From the IMG/VR virus record IMGVR_UViG_2540341129_000004: DNA of 64,000 nucleotides; one strand, 5' to 3'. Below the pieces are notes generated by a model. That model saw nothing but the letters and a program-made list of their open reading frames with translations. It had not been told where the DNA came from and searched no databases. Of the stretch, positions 60,341 through 64,000 are shown in pieces. Origin of the DNA: an uncultured virus (IMG/VR IMGVR_UViG_2540341129_000004) (Duplodnaviria; Heunggongvirae; Uroviricota; Caudoviricetes). Every line of letters starts with the position of its first letter. Positions within the stretch are counted from its first letter, which is position 1. The position numbers were made by a program, and so were the translations under genes.

Positions 60341-60364
60341 AAAGAGAGGGGACAGACCCCTCTT
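60341..60364. terminator. Hairpin between the mini-peptide and the sspC remnant (U tract on the minus strand)
   Basis: AGAGGGG-acaga-CCCCTCT preceded by an A run. Confidence 0.7.
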
Positions 60365-60366
60365 GA

Positions 60367-60423
60367 TTAATGAAATTGGCCATTCATACTTTGTTGGGCT
60401 AGGCGAACTAAACGCTTTGTAAT
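60367..60423 (-). pseudogene. sspC: 3' remnant of alpha/beta-type SASP gene
   Basis: ITKRLVRLAQQSMNGQFH-stop matches the SASP C-terminus; 5' part missing. Confidence 0.75.
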
Positions 60424-60443
60424 CATGAACAATAAACAAAGGA

Positions 60444-61388
60444 GTGAAATGTATAGGCATTATTAAAGAACAAAAGGTTGAGGTCAGCTGGAATCCTATG
60501 ACATCGAGACACTATCAAACACTAGGATATGAATTTACCTTTTGGAGGGATAAATTTCATGTGCCATATTATCATTTACCACTTACTTCTGAAAAAATGG
60601 TTTTAGTTTCTTGTGACAAAGAGAAATGCACAAATGTTAAGTCAGTTAAATATAATGAATTTAACCGGTTGTACAAAAATAAAAAATATGAATGTAAAAA
60701 ACATAGCCATTCTTATTATGAGGATAAAGCGAGGGAAAGAGGGTTTATTTTAACATCAGAATACAAAGGTGTAAAAGGTAAAGTTGATTTGATCTGTTTA
60801 AAGAATGGTCATAAATCAACAAAATTGTGGTCTCAAATTAATAATGGATCTAAATGTTTAAAATGTCATCAGGAAAGCCTGAAATTGAGCATTGATTATA
60901 TTAAAGAAGAATTCTTAAAGAAAAACTTATTGCTTTTATCAAATGAATACGCCAACGAAAAGAGCAAGTTAGCTTTTAAATGTAAGAATGGACACTATGG
61001 AGAAATTGCGTGGAACTATTTTCAACAAGGAGGGGGATGCCAGCAGTGCTATAGGAAGAGTCGTTTTAGAGAAGGTAATCCGAGGTGGAATAAGAATAAA
61101 ACTGATACTCAGAGGATAAATGACAGAAAGTATCGTGAATATTTACAGTGGAGAAAGAAAGTTCTACAGAGGGATGATTACACATGTCAAAAATGCTGGC
61201 TTAAAAAGAAAAAATATTTAACTGCTCACCATATCTATAATTATATGGAGCATAAAGATATTCGACTAGAAGTTGATAACGGGTTGACCTTGTGTGATTC
61301 TTGCCATGAACATTTTCATAATACATATGGATACACTAACAACAATTATATACAACTGTTTATGTACTTAAACAAAGAAGGGGGATAA
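60444..61388 (+). CDS. HNH homing endonuclease with Zn-ribbon repeats
   Basis: C..GH...C..C repeats; [12 protein letters not shown]...AHH...[14 protein letters not shown]. Confidence 0.88.
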   Translation: MKCIGIIKEQKVEVSWNPMTSRHYQTLGYEFTFWRDKFHVPYYHLPLTSEKMVLVSCDKEKCTNVKSVKYNEFNRLYKNKKYECKKHSHSYYEDKARERGFILTSEYKGVKGKVDLICLKNGHKSTKLWSQINNGSKCLKCHQESLKLSIDYIKEEFLKKNLLLLSNEYANEKSKLAFKCKNGHYGEIAWNYFQQGGGCQQCYRKSRFREGNPRWNKNKTDTQRINDRKYREYLQWRKKVLQRDDYTCQKCWLKKKKYLTAHHIYNYMEHKDIRLEVDNGLTLCDSCHEHFHNTYGYTNNNYIQLFMYLNKEGG

Positions 61389-61389
61389 T

Positions 61390-62217
61390 ATGAAAATCGA
61401 TTATGTTTCAGATCTTCATATTAATCACTGGATACCTTGGAACAATAACCAAATCAAATGGGAAAAGCGAACAAGGGAGATTATTAGAAGGTTAATATCG
61501 AATGGAAATGGTGAGGTATTAATAATTGCCGGTGATTTTACTGAGTGGAATCAACAGACACTGTGGGTACTTGATGAAGTAGCAAAGCAGTATGAAAAGG
61601 TTTACTTTACATATGGTAATCATGATCTTTATTTACTCAGTAAAAATCAGCAACGAAAATATTCCGATTCATTGGGAAGGGTGAATGATTTAATTCAGAA
61701 GGCTGCAGACATCAAGAATGTCACTCCATTGATAAAGTCAACAGATACATACAAAGGGAAAGTCTTTGCCGGGGATGTCATGTGGTATCTTCCAAAAGGA
61801 AATGAAGGATGGGATTTCTTCAAAGGTGTCTCTAATGATTCGAACTATATCAGCCTTAATGGATACAGCAAAGAAGATGGGGTACGAGCAATGTGGAAAG
61901 AATCAATGGACTGGTATGACACTCTTGAAAACTCTGATATTGATGTATTTGTATCTCATGTCCCACCTGTTCACAATCCCTATTCTCCGTTCGAGCCTAA
62001 TACGTGCTATATGGTTGATGTCCCGTTCATTAACGCAAAACATTGGGTTTGTGGTCATGATCATTTACAAGCTGAGTTTGACAAAGATGGAACGAGATTT
62101 CACATGAATTGTATCGGATATCCGTATGACTATGATAATTACCCTAGTGTCAATGTGATACCAGATAAGCAAGTTGATACATATAAAACGTTTGAGTTGA
62201 AGACATTTGAAATATGA
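61390..62217 (+). CDS. yotB: Calcineurin-like metallophosphoesterase
   Basis: SDLH, AGD, GNHD, SH, GHDH; 275 aa. Confidence 0.88.
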   Translation: MKIDYVSDLHINHWIPWNNNQIKWEKRTREIIRRLISNGNGEVLIIAGDFTEWNQQTLWVLDEVAKQYEKVYFTYGNHDLYLLSKNQQRKYSDSLGRVNDLIQKAADIKNVTPLIKSTDTYKGKVFAGDVMWYLPKGNEGWDFFKGVSNDSNYISLNGYSKEDGVRAMWKESMDWYDTLENSDIDVFVSHVPPVHNPYSPFEPNTCYMVDVPFINAKHWVCGHDHLQAEFDKDGTRFHMNCIGYPYDYDNYPSVNVIPDKQVDTYKTFELKTFEI

Positions 62218-62226
62218 GGTGAATTC

Positions 62227-62448
62227 GTGAAGAAAAAATTAGATGATGTGTGGACAGTTGTATATAAAGATCATGATGAAGAACCTATGGCCTTTTCATA
62301 CTATTCCAAAACAGATGCGGAGATTGCAAAACAGACAATTGAAAAATCAAACGGTACTCAGCTAGTTAATGAAAAGGAAGAAGTCGTAGGGCATATTCAT
62401 TTAGACTGGGTCTATTTAATCCAAGGGAGGTTAATTAAAACCGACTAG
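62227..62448 (+). CDS. Hypothetical protein
   Basis: SD GAGGTGA. Confidence 0.6.
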   Translation: MKKKLDDVWTVVYKDHDEEPMAFSYYSKTDAEIAKQTIEKSNGTQLVNEKEEVVGHIHLDWVYLIQGRLIKTD

Positions 62449-62494
62449 GAGAGAGAAAATAAAATTCTAATTTTATTGAAAAGGGGAGATTAAA

Positions 62495-62854
62495 TTGAAT
62501 AAGAGAGTAAAGAAGAAGATTCGAAATAGAGTTGAATCATGGATTATTTATAAGAATCCTAATGGGTCATATAATTCATTGGGTGTAAACAAATTTGGAG
62601 AAGTACCCTCCCATGCACGCCCTTTGCATCCTGAATATGAAACATTAGGAGAGGTCTTAAATTCATTCCCTAAAGGATTTAACTTTCCTTTGGTTGAGTT
62701 GACAAAAGAAGAAGAAAACATGTTGTTCTTTGATCATCATCCTACAGAGTGCGGCTGCTGGCACACAGGAGATAGAGATACGTGGGGTATTTGGGGACAG
62801 AGGTATTTATTGAAAAAAGTATCGGATGGGTGTTGCGAATACGTCTCAAAATAA
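62495..62854 (+). CDS. Hypothetical protein
   Basis: ORF bounded by palindromic sites. Confidence 0.6.
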   Translation: MNKRVKKKIRNRVESWIIYKNPNGSYNSLGVNKFGEVPSHARPLHPEYETLGEVLNSFPKGFNFPLVELTKEEENMLFFDHHPTECGCWHTGDRDTWGIWGQRYLLKKVSDGCCEYVSK

Positions 62855-62895
62855 AATATTTATTTTCTGATTTTATCCAGAGAGGGGAAATGATA

Positions 62896-63135
62896 ATGGA
62901 TTACACAAAACTGTTAGAGGAAAAGTACCCAATTAGCATTATTCAGTATGTAAGACAGAGAGAAGGTTTAGATAAGAAAGATGTCTCCAAGGATAAAGAA
63001 ATCTTAGAAATGACGAACTCAGAAGTATTTAGAGAGGTTCTAGCATGGAATGGTTTTATTGGAGGATGGGATCACATAATTAAAGACTGGATTAAGAGCA
63101 TTTATGGAATCGATCTTGATGACTTTGAAAAGTGA
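62896..63135 (+). CDS. Hypothetical protein
   Basis: SD AGAGGGG. Confidence 0.6.
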   Translation: MDYTKLLEEKYPISIIQYVRQREGLDKKDVSKDKEILEMTNSEVFREVLAWNGFIGGWDHIIKDWIKSIYGIDLDDFEK

Positions 63136-63297
63136 AACCATGTCATATGGACAAAGTAATAAAGTTGACTATGCTTCGACTGGTGATGAAACTGATTTTG
63201 ATTGTCCTAAATACGAAGGGAATCATCTTGAAGAAATAGACAACAGCATTTAAAAGAGCAGTAAAAGGCCTCAAATTTTCACAGGGGGATTGCTATT

Positions 63298-63474
63298 ATG
63301 ATTGGAAAAGCATTATACAATAATTCATGGTTTGAAGTAGCAAATATCAACTTTGACACAGGGCATATCATAATTAAAAACGACAGTGAAAACTCGTTGG
63401 GTTTGAGAATAGGTAAAACACTAACACTTGATCTTGATTACGTCGATGATGTAAAAATTGGACTTCTGCTGTAA
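63298..63474 (+). CDS. 58-aa hypothetical protein
   Basis: SD AGGGGG; hand translation. Confidence 0.5.
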   Translation: MIGKALYNNSWFEVANINFDTGHIIIKNDSENSLGLRIGKTLTLDLDYVDDVKIGLLL

Positions 63475-63517
63475 ATGAATAAAATGTTGATTTTATCGGA
63501 AGGGAGAGAATTTAATA

Positions 63518-63679
63518 ATGAGTACCCAAAGAGGGGCAAATACACCGGAGGAATTGGCTAAATCAATTCAGAAATTAGGAAGGGAAATGCAAGAATTTAG
63601 TGAATGCAGTAATGGTATTCGTGAAATTGTTATTACTCTAGATGAAGATGATGGTTCATTTACGATTACAACAGATTAA
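63518..63679 (+). CDS. 53-aa hypothetical protein
   Basis: SD GGGAG; hand translation. Confidence 0.5.
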   Translation: MSTQRGANTPEELAKSIQKLGREMQEFSECSNGIREIVITLDEDDGSFTITTD

Positions 63680-64000
63680 AATTTGATTTCATTTAGAAAG
63701 GGGATAGGAAAACGGACGTTTTAGAAAGAGCGATTAAACGTGAGAGACAAACCAAGTGTAAACTCCTAAGAAAGTTTAGAAAAGCTAGAGATATGGCTAG
63801 CAAACATAGTAAAAGAGGGTACACATGCAATTTCCTTAGGAGGCAAATTAGATATCATGATCAGTACAGTTGGATTCAGAAATACTCAAAAAACGAACTT
63901 GCAATAAGAATATTTCAATGGTCAGAACGAGAGAGAAACATGTTCAGATAAAATTAAGAAGGGAGAGTCTTATGGAGAACGCAATGTCCTGGTTTGATAT

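Larger units (their letters stand above)
2393..63495. repeat. Dispersed 16-bp palindrome TAAAA-N6-TTTTA at accessory-gene junctions
   Basis: Exact copies start at 2393, 2852, 6783, 14368, 15486, 20247, 22634, 23306, 26670, 41243, 41553, 42558, 45740, 46095, 53974, 62460, 63480. Confidence 0.85.
1..64000. mobile_element. Part of an SPbeta/phi3T-like Bacillus temperate phage (early, replication and nucleotide-metabolism region)
   Basis: Gene order aimR-aimP-aimX-sro operon-yopS ... ligB-yoqW-yoqZ-yorA-yorE..yorR ... yosL-nrdIEF-dut-yotB matches SPbeta-family synteny; dense co-oriented small ORFs, AT-rich. Confidence 0.97.

Noticed and set aside
2393..63495. CRISPR array interpretation of the dispersed repeats
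   Set aside because: Repeats are 15-16 bp, irregularly spaced by whole genes, and no cas genes are present.
1..64000. tRNA or rRNA genes
   Set aside because: No cloverleaf or rRNA-like sequence recognised by eye; tRNAscan-SE would be needed to exclude them.

Overview
A 64-kb segment of a Bacillus SPbeta/phi3T-like temperate phage (prophage), covering the early/regulatory and replication/nucleotide-metabolism arm. From left to right: an acyltransferase-3 gene (cut by the window edge), a variable yon/yop-like accessory block (tandem HTH genes, RES-domain protein, frameshifted HNH), a complete phi3T-type arbitrium locus (aimR, aimP encoding SASRGA, terminator, protein-coding aimX), the sro/yopP-yopQ-yopR repression operon and yopS, many small accessory genes, ligB/yoqW, the PGA hydrolase yoqZ and yorA, the yorE-yorR replication block (SSB-like protein, Sak4-like ATPase, DnaB, primase, RecJ, DnaE), yosL, intron/intein-free nrdIEF, thioredoxin, Pth2, dUTPase, thyA, dfr, an HNH gene and yotB. 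Most notable unexplained signals: (1) an orphan 12-codon ORF MPVVLYGFGRGA (60302-60340) with a perfect SD that ends in a non-cognate arbitrium-type hexapeptide but has no signal peptide; (2) about 17 exact and about 10 degenerate copies of a TAAAA-N6-TTTTA palindrome located at accessory-gene boundaries, suggesting a cassette/recombination-site system; (3) a 31-aa hydrophobic peptide gene preceded by an SOS box; (4) several genes, including nrdF, that appear to start at ATT/ATA. Gene symbols come from my recollection of SPbeta/phi3T proteins, synteny and sizes; no database search was run.
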